Positions 56,026-64,000 of a stretch of DNA of 64,000 nucleotides are shown here, in pieces. Positions within the stretch are counted from its first letter, which is position 1, and every line of letters starts with the position of its first letter. Source of the DNA: Candidatus Latescibacterota bacterium (lineage in GTDB: Bacteria; Latescibacterota; UBA2968). The position numbers and the translations under genes are program-made. The stretch is from the NCBI GenBank assembly GCA_038279365.1, contig JAYODI010000016.1:224-64223 (forward strand). Direction: 5' to 3'. Below the pieces are notes generated by a model. That model was not told the DNA's origin. It made no database searches and was given only the letters and a program-made list of their open reading frames with translations.

Positions 56026-58035
56026 TTACCATTCTGAAATGGGTGTCACGGGTGATGGGGATGCATCTGGAAATGGTGTGAGTAATATTGTAAATTGCAA
56101 CTGTGCTGCTTCAAATAGAGGTGATATGATGAGGCGGCTGTACCCCGCGTTTGTTTTTTGAGGGCTTTTTTGTTGTGCCGAGTCGATGCCAAATTTCCAT
56201 CCTGAAGGCGATAGGATTTTGGCATAAATTTTTTTGTTATTTTGTGTCAAGATCGCAGATCCATCCGTTTGTAATGCGATGGTTGCTTTGGTGGTGATTC
56301 CCCATTGAATGAAACGAGGATTATCTAAGTTGTATTCGTCTTGAATAAGAATGTCTTGGCGATTGTTGATGAGCGCAATACCGCGTATGATTTTGCCCGA
56401 AGCGTTTTCGAGGTAGGCCTGAGATAAATCGACTGTGGCATATGGAAATGCGCCTTCGCTTCGAAACCCAATGAGCCTGGCTGTGCCATTGGGGTGCTGG
56501 CTTTTGTTGTTGATGAGCGGTACATTGTGGCTTTCGGAATTGAGGCGATAATAGGTCCAGCGGGTGGCATTTATGCCACTGCCAAAATAGTTGGGCAAGT
56601 TGTAATCATCGGACCCCAAATCACTGGCCCAGCGCTCGCCGAGGGCATCAACAACAAAATTGCCTAAATCGAGGTGGCCATGATTGACCTGATTATAACC
56701 GGCTTTGATGCCTACAAATACGGCATTGGGGTCTTCCCAACTGCTTCGCAAAAAGGCCACTTCGACAATGCCACCAAATTTGCGATCTAACTCGGGAATG
56801 GCAGAGATATTGGGTTTGGGCACATACCACATGATGTGTTGTGGTTCGGCTTTTTTGCGTGCCACAATGGCATGTTCGGATGCACCAATAAAGTCATCTT
56901 CGTAGGCCGATGCAAGCCAGAAGTTACTGGGCATGGGGGTGCGTTTGGCGGTTTCACCAACGTCGGCATAATTGAAATAATAATCGGTTGGGCCTGCACC
57001 ATGAACGGGGAAATACCCTGCTTTGGTCAGGCCATTTTTGTTTTTGAGGCCAAAGGTGGTGCCCAGTGCGGTATCGAGGGCAGATAGCCCATAAACGGTA
57101 TAACGCGTGGCGTAATCCCAATATCCTGGGCCTTCCCCCCAAGCCCCATCGGGTTCGTAGGTTTTAAGTGCGGTGGGCAGTGACTTGTAGACTTCGGGAA
57201 TGATTTGTTGGGCATATTGGGGATCTGTTTCGGCAATGGCCAAAGCCCCTACGATGAGGCCGCCATTGCAGACTTGATTCCAGTTGAATTCGGAGCTGAT
57301 CCACCAGGCGGGTTTGGTGCCCGTGTAGGCTTTGATGCCTTCTTGTAGACCGTGCCGAATCAAGCCTGTTTTGATGGTGTTTCGGGTTTGTTCGTTGAGG
57401 GCAGGATAAAACCAGTCGTATCCGATGCCAACGGCATGGGTCATTTCGGCAACATCGAGAAAGTGCGATGGGTTCCAGTCGGGAAAGGCCACTACGGTGA
57501 GGAGTACATCGCGCCCTGCATCGAGATATTTTACATTGCTGGTCCAACGATAAGCGATGCCAAAGTGATAGATGCGGTTTAAGGCATCTCTGCTGACAGA
57601 AAGCAAACGTGGCCCAATGAGTACATGGTGAAGGGGTGCTTTGCTGATGAGTTTGTCGGCTTCGGAGATCACATCGGAAACTATTTTTTTAAGTGCTGTA
57701 TCGGTTTGCCAGAGGATTTTGAGTTGGGCGAGTTGGTCGTCTTTGAGCATGAGACGTGGGTGATTTTTGTCGAGGGTATTTAAAAGGGTATCTGGATTGG
57801 GCGTACCTGTTTGGGCGTTTTGTGCATTGTATTGTGTGGCAAAAATGATAAAGTCGGGCAGATCCACTTTGCCATTGTTGTTGAGGTCGTAATGTGCTTC
57901 GGTGGTGCCAAAAGCGGTTGCAAATCGCAAAAAGTCAACAAACTCCACTTTGCCATTGCCGTCGAAATCGGCTGTTTGAGCCATTGCGGCGGTGGGGAGT
58001 AAACACAAAACAAAGATGTAAATGTGGCGATACAT
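56026..58035 (-). CDS. heparinase II/III family polysaccharide lyase with N-terminal dockerin-like module
   Basis: Signal peptide MYRHIYIFVLCLLPTAAMA. EF-hand pair DFDGNGKVEFVDF and DLNNNGKVDLPDF. Also FNWNQVCNGGLIVGALAIAE and NHGHLDLGNF. Paralog of 58059..59912. Confidence 0.8.
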   Translation of the reverse strand: MYRHIYIFVLCLLPTAAMAQTADFDGNGKVEFVDFLRFATAFGTTEAHYDLNNNGKVDLPDFIIFATQYNAQNAQTGTPNPDTLLNTLDKNHPRLMLKDDQLAQLKILWQTDTALKKIVSDVISEADKLISKAPLHHVLIGPRLLSVSRDALNRIYHFGIAYRWTSNVKYLDAGRDVLLTVVAFPDWNPSHFLDVAEMTHAVGIGYDWFYPALNEQTRNTIKTGLIRHGLQEGIKAYTGTKPAWWISSEFNWNQVCNGGLIVGALAIAETDPQYAQQIIPEVYKSLPTALKTYEPDGAWGEGPGYWDYATRYTVYGLSALDTALGTTFGLKNKNGLTKAGYFPVHGAGPTDYYFNYADVGETAKRTPMPSNFWLASAYEDDFIGASEHAIVARKKAEPQHIMWYVPKPNISAIPELDRKFGGIVEVAFLRSSWEDPNAVFVGIKAGYNQVNHGHLDLGNFVVDALGERWASDLGSDDYNLPNYFGSGINATRWTYYRLNSESHNVPLINNKSQHPNGTARLIGFRSEGAFPYATVDLSQAYLENASGKIIRGIALINNRQDILIQDEYNLDNPRFIQWGITTKATIALQTDGSAILTQNNKKIYAKILSPSGWKFGIDSAQQKSPQKTNAGYSRLIISPLFEAAQLQFTILLTPFPDASPSPVTPISEW

Positions 58036-58058
58036 GTGCCTGATCCTTTTAAACCTGT

Positions 58059-59912
58059 TTACCATTTGGACAAGGGTTTGATTTCTGTTGTTTCTATTGT
58101 CTCACCTGTGGGCCATTGGGGTGCGAACAAAACGGAGATGCACGTGTGATCTGTTTGATTTGGCAGATGGATGAGAAGGCGCTTGACACCTTCATTCTTT
58201 TTTTCAGGCGGTTCTTGTTCTGCGGAAGCGACTGTGAATGTGGCACCTTGCGGAGATAGAATATGCGCTTTGAGGGTTTGACCTTCTTGTGTGAGGGTGG
58301 CGGTTGTGCCGTTTATGTGAATGTTGGCATCGGTGGTGATGCCCCAGGTGATGTCGGTTTTTTGGGTGAGTTCAAATTCGTCTTGTAGCAGTGTTGCTCG
58401 TCGGTTATGGATGAGGGCAACACCGCGCAAGATAGATTTGGCTTGGTTTGGATAGCCTTTGGTCAGATCTATTTGGGCATAAGGAAATGCGCCTGTGGTG
58501 TCAAATTGGGTGAGTGTGGCAACACCACTTGGGTCTTGTTCTTTGGCATTGAGCGTGGGAACGTTGTGGCTTTTGGAGATGAGGCGATAATATTGCCAAC
58601 GCTGGCCACCAAAATAACCAGGCATGTTGTAATTGTCGGAGCCCAAGTCACGTGCCCAACGTATTCCGAGGGCATCGAGCTCAAAGTTGCCTAAGTCGAG
58701 GTGGGAATGGTTAGCTTCGTTGTATCCGGCTTTGATGCCCACCCACAGGGCATTGGGATCGTTCCATGCACTGCGAAAGAGAGCGAGTTCTACGGGGCCT
58801 CTAAAGCGTTTGTCGAGAGAAGGTTGTTCCAAATTGCCTTGGGGTTGGGGAACATACCAAACGACGTGCTGTGGAGAAACGTGATTTGTTTTTGCGATGA
58901 GGCGATGTTCGGCATCGGCAACAAAGGGATTGTTGAAGACTTTGGATAGCCAGAACATGCTGGCCATGGGCTGGTGGTGCGGGCGTTCGCCACAGTCGGC
59001 ATAGGCCAAATACATGCCTGTGGGGCCCGTGGTGTAAATGGGAGAAAGACCAGCTTCGGAGAGGCCTTCTATTTGGAGCAGATCAAAGTCTGTGTTGAGT
59101 GCGGTTTCGAGGGCGGCAAAGCCGAACATGGTGTAGCGAGTGGCATACCCCCAATAACCGGGGCCTTCTGCCCAGGCACCGTCGGGACCATACATTTTGA
59201 GCGCGCGCGGTAGAGATGCAACGGCTTGCGGAATGATTTGCTGGGCATATTGGGGGTGGGTTTCGGCAATGGCGAGGGCACCAACGATGAGACCTGCATT
59301 GCAGACTTGGTTCCAGTTGTGATCACATTTGGTCCACCAGCCATATTTTTCGGTACCCGCATAGGCTTTGAGGCCAGGTTCGAGGCCGTGTGTAATAAGG
59401 CCCTTTTGAATGTGCTGTTTTTGGTCTTCGGTTAAGATGGGATAGAGCCAGTCGTAGGCAACCCCTACGGCGTGTGACATTTCGGCGGTGTCGAGAAAGT
59501 GGCGTGGGTTCCAATCGGGGAAAGCACAAACTGCGAGGATGTTTTCAAGGAGGTTGTCGGCATACTTTTGTTCGCTTGTCCATCGCCAAGCCAAACCGAG
59601 GGCGTAAACTCTGGCCATACAGTCGCGGCTGGTAGAAAGGAGGCGCAGGCCGTCGGGGATTTTGTATTCAAGAAGGGGTTTGGTGAGGGTTTTGTCGGCT
59701 TCTTGAATGGATTTTTGGACATAAGATTGGAGTGTGGCGTCGGTTTGGGATAGATTTTTAAGTTCGATAAACCGGTCATTTTTGAGCATGAGGCGGGGGT
59801 GTTCGGGGTGGAGGGTGTTGAGTAGGGTGTTTGAGTTCATTTTTTGGGCCTCTGTGTTTGAGATAAAAAAGATCAGAATGGTTAAGAGCGTTGAGATCAG
59901 TTTTTTGTGCAA
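58059..59912 (-). CDS. heparinase II/III family polysaccharide lyase
   Basis: Motifs HNWNQVCNAGLIVGALAIAE and NHSHLDLGNF. A TTG start at 59912 (AAGAGG 5 nt upstream) gives the signal peptide MHKKLISTLLTILIFFISNTEA. The track start 59981 would run into the upstream hairpin. Confidence 0.8.
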   Translation of the reverse strand: MHKKLISTLLTILIFFISNTEAQKMNSNTLLNTLHPEHPRLMLKNDRFIELKNLSQTDATLQSYVQKSIQEADKTLTKPLLEYKIPDGLRLLSTSRDCMARVYALGLAWRWTSEQKYADNLLENILAVCAFPDWNPRHFLDTAEMSHAVGVAYDWLYPILTEDQKQHIQKGLITHGLEPGLKAYAGTEKYGWWTKCDHNWNQVCNAGLIVGALAIAETHPQYAQQIIPQAVASLPRALKMYGPDGAWAEGPGYWGYATRYTMFGFAALETALNTDFDLLQIEGLSEAGLSPIYTTGPTGMYLAYADCGERPHHQPMASMFWLSKVFNNPFVADAEHRLIAKTNHVSPQHVVWYVPQPQGNLEQPSLDKRFRGPVELALFRSAWNDPNALWVGIKAGYNEANHSHLDLGNFELDALGIRWARDLGSDNYNMPGYFGGQRWQYYRLISKSHNVPTLNAKEQDPSGVATLTQFDTTGAFPYAQIDLTKGYPNQAKSILRGVALIHNRRATLLQDEFELTQKTDITWGITTDANIHINGTTATLTQEGQTLKAHILSPQGATFTVASAEQEPPEKKNEGVKRLLIHLPNQTDHTCISVLFAPQWPTGETIETTEIKPLSKW

Positions 59913-59993
59913 GGTTGCCTCTTGGGTTGCTTGTGTTGCCTGCGGCGCCTTCTTTCTTGTAGAGACACAAGAAAGAAGCAAAGAAAGTCTCTC

Positions 59994-60128
59994 GCTGGCC
60001 GCGAGGGGCTTTTAATCATGTTCAGTGTTTTTACAAAGGTAAACCACCCTCACCTGCCCGTGCCGTTCCCACACCCCCCGCATCCCACCCACTACCTCCA
60101 CACCAACGGCACAACGGCCCACACCACC
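59994..60128 (-). ncRNA. conserved intergenic element, copy 2 (candidate cis-regulatory leader RNA)
   Basis: See copy 1. This copy is 20 nt shorter in the central C-rich (G-rich in minus sense) region. It ends 82 nt upstream of the lyase TTG start. Confidence 0.5.
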
Positions 60129-60160
60129 GGGAGGTTGAATGGGGCTTTTCTAAATATACC

Positions 60161-60919
60161 TTATGGGCGGGTGAAAATCAGATTGTGTACCACGCCGGGG
60201 GTGAAGCTGATGAGGTCGGCGTTGGAGAGGGTGAAGCCGGCTTCGGTGAAGGCTTCTTGAATGTTTTGGGCTATTTGGCCGTGCATGTAGACTTCGATGA
60301 GAAAGGTTTTGAGGCGTGGGTCGCGTAGGGTGTTTTTTGCACCTGATATGATGCGGTCTTCGATGCCATCGACGTCTACTTTGATGTGGGTGGGAAAGGG
60401 GAGGCCAAATTTGCCGGTGAGGTCGTCGAGGGAGACGGCCATGATGCCTTGGCGGTTTTGGGGTTCAAAGGCTTTTTCGCCTTGGGTAATGGCACGGCCT
60501 AAGGCGTGAAGGGCCGCACCGGTTTTAAAGGCTTTGGAATAGAAGTGGTCGATGCCTGTTTGATCGGATAGGGCCAATGGGTAGGCGGTCATGGTTTTGC
60601 CCAAGTTGTTGAGCACAATGTTGCGGTTGAGTTTGGCAAAGTTGAGGGCTTCGGGTTCGAAGGTGAGGATCTGGGCGTTGCCATTGAGGCATTTGGCGGC
60701 ATAGAGGGCATATTGGCCGATGTTGGCACCGATGTCGTAGAGGGTATCGCCTTCTTTGAGGTGGGTGTCGATCCAGTCGAGGGTATCGGGCTCTTTGTGG
60801 TCGTAGTGACCGGCACGCCAGAGTTCGTAGTTGCGAATGCCGTCTTCTGATTCTTGGTCGGTGTCGAGGTCGAGTAAGATGGTTTGTTTGCGTACGGTGC
60901 AGGTTTGGATGATGGACAT
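60161..60919 (-). CDS. FkbM family methyltransferase
   Basis: Motifs LYDIGANIGQYALYAA and FEPE. Confidence 0.85.
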   Translation of the reverse strand: MSIIQTCTVRKQTILLDLDTDQESEDGIRNYELWRAGHYDHKEPDTLDWIDTHLKEGDTLYDIGANIGQYALYAAKCLNGNAQILTFEPEALNFAKLNRNIVLNNLGKTMTAYPLALSDQTGIDHFYSKAFKTGAALHALGRAITQGEKAFEPQNRQGIMAVSLDDLTGKFGLPFPTHIKVDVDGIEDRIISGAKNTLRDPRLKTFLIEVYMHGQIAQNIQEAFTEAGFTLSNADLISFTPGVVHNLIFTRP

Positions 60920-60945
60920 TTTTGATCCTTTGTGATTGGTTGCGT

Positions 60946-62316
60946 TTAGGTTAGGGGTTGAATGTGAGGCATGGCGTCTAAATAACCTGTTTCAAGGTCG
61001 AGGGCGATGCCGTCTTTTGTAAGTTGTTTGCGCAGTTGATCTGCATCAAAATCGTGAACGCGTTCGCCAAAGAGGGCACTGGCGGTGCCTGCGGCTTGTC
61101 CGAGCACCATCATTGTGCGGCTGAGGCGGCAACTGGATGCGCCAATGGATGAGAAACTGGCCCCACGACAGGCAACGAGCAGGTTGCGAATTTCTTTGGG
61201 CAAGAGACAGCGAAATGGGATGCCATAGGGACCGGGCAGTTCACTGCTGGGGCGTGCGCCGTGAAAGTCGATGGAATGATCGGCAATGGCGATGATGTCG
61301 TGGTGGGTTTGCTTGGCGAGGGTGGCCATGAGGTCTTGCTCGCGAAGGACATATTGGCCCACGAGGCGATGGGTTTCACGCACGCCTAAAAAGGGGCTTG
61401 TCCAGATCATTTTCCAGGGTGCAAATTCGAAGCCGTATCGGGTTTGTAAAATGTGCCAATGGGCTTGATTGCGTTTTTTGGCAACGGTGTAGGCTTTTTT
61501 GCCCAACTCGTAGGCTTCAAGACCGGTCATGGTGTGTAGGGGATTCATATTGAGATCCCCATTGGGATAGGTGCGGATGCTGGTGACGGGTTTGATTTTG
61601 GCGAGGTCTACATCGGGTGGTAAGGGTGGGATTTCGGATGTTTCGCCTGATTTGAGAGGGGTGATGCGGTAACACAGGGTGGCGTTGTTGAGCACCATTT
61701 CGGGTTTTTCAGGCGCAGAGGGTTCACCGTAGGCATCGGGTGTTTCGGTGCCAATGGCACTTTGGCATCCGGCGGCACGGGCAAGATAAATGTCTGCTGT
61801 GGCGTCGATGAAAACGGTGGCTTGAATGGTGTGTGTGCCTTGTGCATTTTGGACGGTGATGGATGTGATGCGATTTTTGTCTAATTGAAGATCTGTAAAC
61901 CGAGTTTGGAGCAAAACGGTACATCCGGCTTCTTGGAGGAAGTGCTGCATGGCTTTGTCCATGAGCTCGGGTTCAAATGTAATGGGCATGCCCGTTTTGC
62001 GGCTGAGACTGAGGCGGTAGTCGGTTTCGGTGGCACAGTCGTATTTGCCCCACGGGCGCTCGGGCGTGTATGTAACCGCGCGTTTTTGAATGGCAACGGC
62101 GTTGGGTGTTTGGCGCAAATATTCATATAGTTCTTGGGGCAGGCCTGTGGCACCAGCGACGGGCTCGTAGTTGTTGACACCCGCATAAGTACTGGTTCCA
62201 CCTAAACCTAAGCCAGCTTCTATGAGGATGACGTTTGCACCATATCGGGCGGCAGCGCAGGCAGCACCAAAACCACCACTGCCACCTCCGACGACGCAGA
62301 TGTCGTATGTGTTCAC
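60946..62316 (-). CDS. FAD-dependent oxidoreductase (FAD_oxidored/GIDA-like family)
   Basis: YDICVVGGGSGGFGAACAAARYGANVILIE is a dinucleotide-binding motif. The start is GTG. Confidence 0.85.
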   Translation of the reverse strand: MNTYDICVVGGGSGGFGAACAAARYGANVILIEAGLGLGGTSTYAGVNNYEPVAGATGLPQELYEYLRQTPNAVAIQKRAVTYTPERPWGKYDCATETDYRLSLSRKTGMPITFEPELMDKAMQHFLQEAGCTVLLQTRFTDLQLDKNRITSITVQNAQGTHTIQATVFIDATADIYLARAAGCQSAIGTETPDAYGEPSAPEKPEMVLNNATLCYRITPLKSGETSEIPPLPPDVDLAKIKPVTSIRTYPNGDLNMNPLHTMTGLEAYELGKKAYTVAKKRNQAHWHILQTRYGFEFAPWKMIWTSPFLGVRETHRLVGQYVLREQDLMATLAKQTHHDIIAIADHSIDFHGARPSSELPGPYGIPFRCLLPKEIRNLLVACRGASFSSIGASSCRLSRTMMVLGQAAGTASALFGERVHDFDADQLRKQLTKDGIALDLETGYLDAMPHIQPLT

Positions 62317-62405
62317 GGGTTGTTGTCCTTGCCTAAAGTTTCATTTTTGGATATTGTAAGGACACGCAAGATACAAAATTCACACGTATATGCAAGGAGA
62401 GGTCT

Positions 62406-63395
62406 ATGTCTTTTGATGTGTATGGGTTGGGAAATGCTTTGGTTGATATTCAATATCAGGTTGAGCCCTCTTTTTTAAAAGAAATGGGTATTGATAAGGG
62501 TGTGATGACGCTGATAGAAGAAGACAGGCAATTGCAACTGATTGGCAATTTGGGTGGAAAAGAAATGGCACGTTCGTCGGGTGGTTCGGCGGCCAATACG
62601 ATGATTAGTGTGGTGAATTGTGGTGGTACAGGATATTATGCGTGTAAGGTGGCCAATGACAGTGATGGCGATTTTTATCTGAAAGATTTGGAAGCCGCCA
62701 ATGTGAAATCGAGTTTGTCGAATCGGGGAGAGGGGACGACGGGAAAGTGTTTGGTGATGATTACGGCAGATGCCGATCGTACGATGAACACGTTTTTGGG
62801 TATTACGAGCACATTTGGGCCAGATCAGATTGATCGGGATGTGATTGCACAAAGCAAATACATTTATATTGAAGGCTATTTGGTGGCCAGTGATTCGGGA
62901 TATGAAGCCGCAAAAGTGGCACAAAAAATGGCACAGGAAAGCGGTGTGAAGGTGGCATTGACACTGAGTGATCCGTTTATTACAAATATTTTTATGGAAC
63001 GCATGCAGGCCTTGGTAGATGCGGGTGTTGATTTGTTGTTTTGCAATGAAGAAGAAGCCAAGATGTTTACCAAAACGAATACGGTTGAAGATGCATGTGC
63101 GGCATTGGCAGATCGGGTGGGTGCTTTTGCTGTGACGTGTGGGGCCGATGGTGCGCGGGTAAAAGATGGTGGCGATTTGGTTCACGCTTCTGGATTTAAA
63201 GTGGATGCGGTAGATACCAACGGGGCAGGTGATTCATTTGCAGGAGCCTATTTGGCGGCGGTGACCAATGGATATACGACTGAGCAAGCGGCCAAATTGG
63301 CAACGTATGTGTCTTCTCGGGTGGTGTCGAAGTATGGGCCACGTTTTGAGGAGAAGTTGAGCAATGCCGATATTGAAAATATTTTGGCGATGTAA
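62406..63395 (+). CDS. PfkB-family carbohydrate/nucleoside kinase (adenosine kinase-like)
   Basis: N-terminal GLGNALVD, GGSAANT, and the C-terminal DTNGAGDSFAGAYL anion-hole motif. Confidence 0.85.
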   Translation: MSFDVYGLGNALVDIQYQVEPSFLKEMGIDKGVMTLIEEDRQLQLIGNLGGKEMARSSGGSAANTMISVVNCGGTGYYACKVANDSDGDFYLKDLEAANVKSSLSNRGEGTTGKCLVMITADADRTMNTFLGITSTFGPDQIDRDVIAQSKYIYIEGYLVASDSGYEAAKVAQKMAQESGVKVALTLSDPFITNIFMERMQALVDAGVDLLFCNEEEAKMFTKTNTVEDACAALADRVGAFAVTCGADGARVKDGGDLVHASGFKVDAVDTNGAGDSFAGAYLAAVTNGYTTEQAAKLATYVSSRVVSKYGPRFEEKLSNADIENILAM

Positions 63396-63444
63396 CAAGA
63401 GAAACAAACTTGTGGGTATGGGCTTTGAAGGCCTTACCCAGTGT

Positions 63445-63477
63445 AAACGACCCACATCATTTGTGGGTCGTTTTTTT
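63445..63477 (+). terminator. intrinsic terminator
   Basis: ACGACCCACA-TCATT-TGTGGGTCGT followed by TTTTTT. Confidence 0.8.
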
Positions 63478-63551
63478 GTATCAGAATAAGTGACAAGGTG
63501 TGTTTGATGTGTTGGGCGATAGGCTATCCTCTTTTTTGAAGATGGGGTGTG

Positions 63552-63580
63552 TTTTTTTTAATTTTTAATTTTTAATTTTT
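63552..63580. repeat. T-tract plus three AATTTTT heptamer units
   Basis: GTTTTTTTT AATTTTT AATTTTT AATTTTT lies 80 nt upstream of the sulfatase start. Confidence 0.5.
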
Positions 63581-63659
63581 CACTAAACTGTATAGGACTT
63601 GGGTGAGGGGCGCGCGCATTTTATTGATGAGTTGGTGTCTATTTGGAAGGAGCAGGTTT

Positions 63660-64000
63660 ATGGATCGGCCAAATATTATTTACATTCATTCACACGATAC
63701 GGGACGCTATGTGCAACCTTATGGGTTTGCAATTCCAACGCCAAATATTCAAAAATTGGCCGAAGGGGGCGCGTTGTTTCGGCAGGCGTTTTGTGCCAAC
63801 CCCACATGTTCACCAAGCCGAGCTTGTTTGTTGACGGGGCAGTGGGCGCACAGTTGTGATATGACGGGGTTGGTGAACCGAGGATGGTCGTTGCCGGAGC
63901 CTAAGCATTTGTTGTCACATGTGTTAAAAGATGCGGGATATGAAACGGCGTTGGCGGGGTTTCAGCATGTTGTGAAAGATGTGACAACGGGGGGGTGGGA
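63660..64000 (+). CDS. sulfatase (formylglycine-dependent), N-terminal part, continues beyond the window
   Basis: Not in the track as one ORF because it is open at the edge. My translation from ATG 63660 (GGAAGGAG upstream) gives MDRPNIIYIHSHDTGRY...FCANPTCSPSRACLLTGQW, which carries the CxPxR motif. Confidence 0.85.
   Translation, partial: MDRPNIIYIHSHDTGRYVQPYGFAIPTPNIQKLAEGGALFRQAFCANPTCSPSRACLLTGQWAHSCDMTGLVNRGWSLPEPKHLLSHVLKDAGYETALAGFQHVVKDVTTGGW

Noticed and set aside
1-64000. tRNA, rRNA, tmRNA, known riboswitches, toxin-antitoxin pairs, restriction-modification or other recognisable defence systems.
   Set aside because: Visual inspection of all intergenic gaps over 60 bp showed no cloverleaf-like or rRNA-like sequence, and no gene product carried defence-type motifs (nuclease/ATPase/TIR/Sir2 and the like). 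Absence cannot be proven without tRNAscan, Infernal or DefenseFinder.

Overview
This is a dense, mostly co-directional chromosomal segment with about 60 protein genes. I saw no rRNA, tRNA or CRISPR, and the organism uses the standard code, with TGA as an ordinary stop. Gene content is dominated by carbohydrate and sulfated-glycan catabolism and accessory oxidoreductases: three CxPxR sulfatases, two tandem heparinase II/III-like lyases, a GH116 glycosidase, a BNR/Asp-box sialidase-like propeller, a CE7 acetyl-xylan esterase, four Gfo/Idh/MocA oxidoreductases, three PhyH dioxygenases, two creatininase-family amidases and xylose-isomerase-like TIM barrels. This mix is typical of marine PVC-like or similar polysaccharide-degrading heterotrophs, but taxonomy cannot be fixed from the sequence alone. 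Housekeeping anchors are pckA, proA, an M16 peptidase and a PfkB adenosine-kinase-like gene. The left edge carries a visibly AT-richer, window-truncated tyrosine integrase. The most notable signals are these. (1) A DUF1223 thioredoxin-fold gene is split by an in-frame TGA exactly at the first Cys of its CxxC motif, a candidate selenocysteine (UxxC); the ORF track shows only the downstream fragment. (2) A 135-155 nt intergenic element occurs twice, in the same orientation and at the same distance upstream of two minus-strand glycan-degradation genes. Its substitutions keep two helices paired only in minus-sense RNA, making it a candidate cis-regulatory leader. (3) A LarA-like gene is translationally coupled to two uncharacterised ORFs. 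(4) A double ClpX-type zinc finger is fused to a HAD hydrolase. (5) An RCK K+ channel sits in an operon with two stand-alone cNMP-binding proteins. (6) Several unrelated heptanucleotide tandem arrays are present. All functional calls come from motif recognition by eye; no database search or folding program was available.
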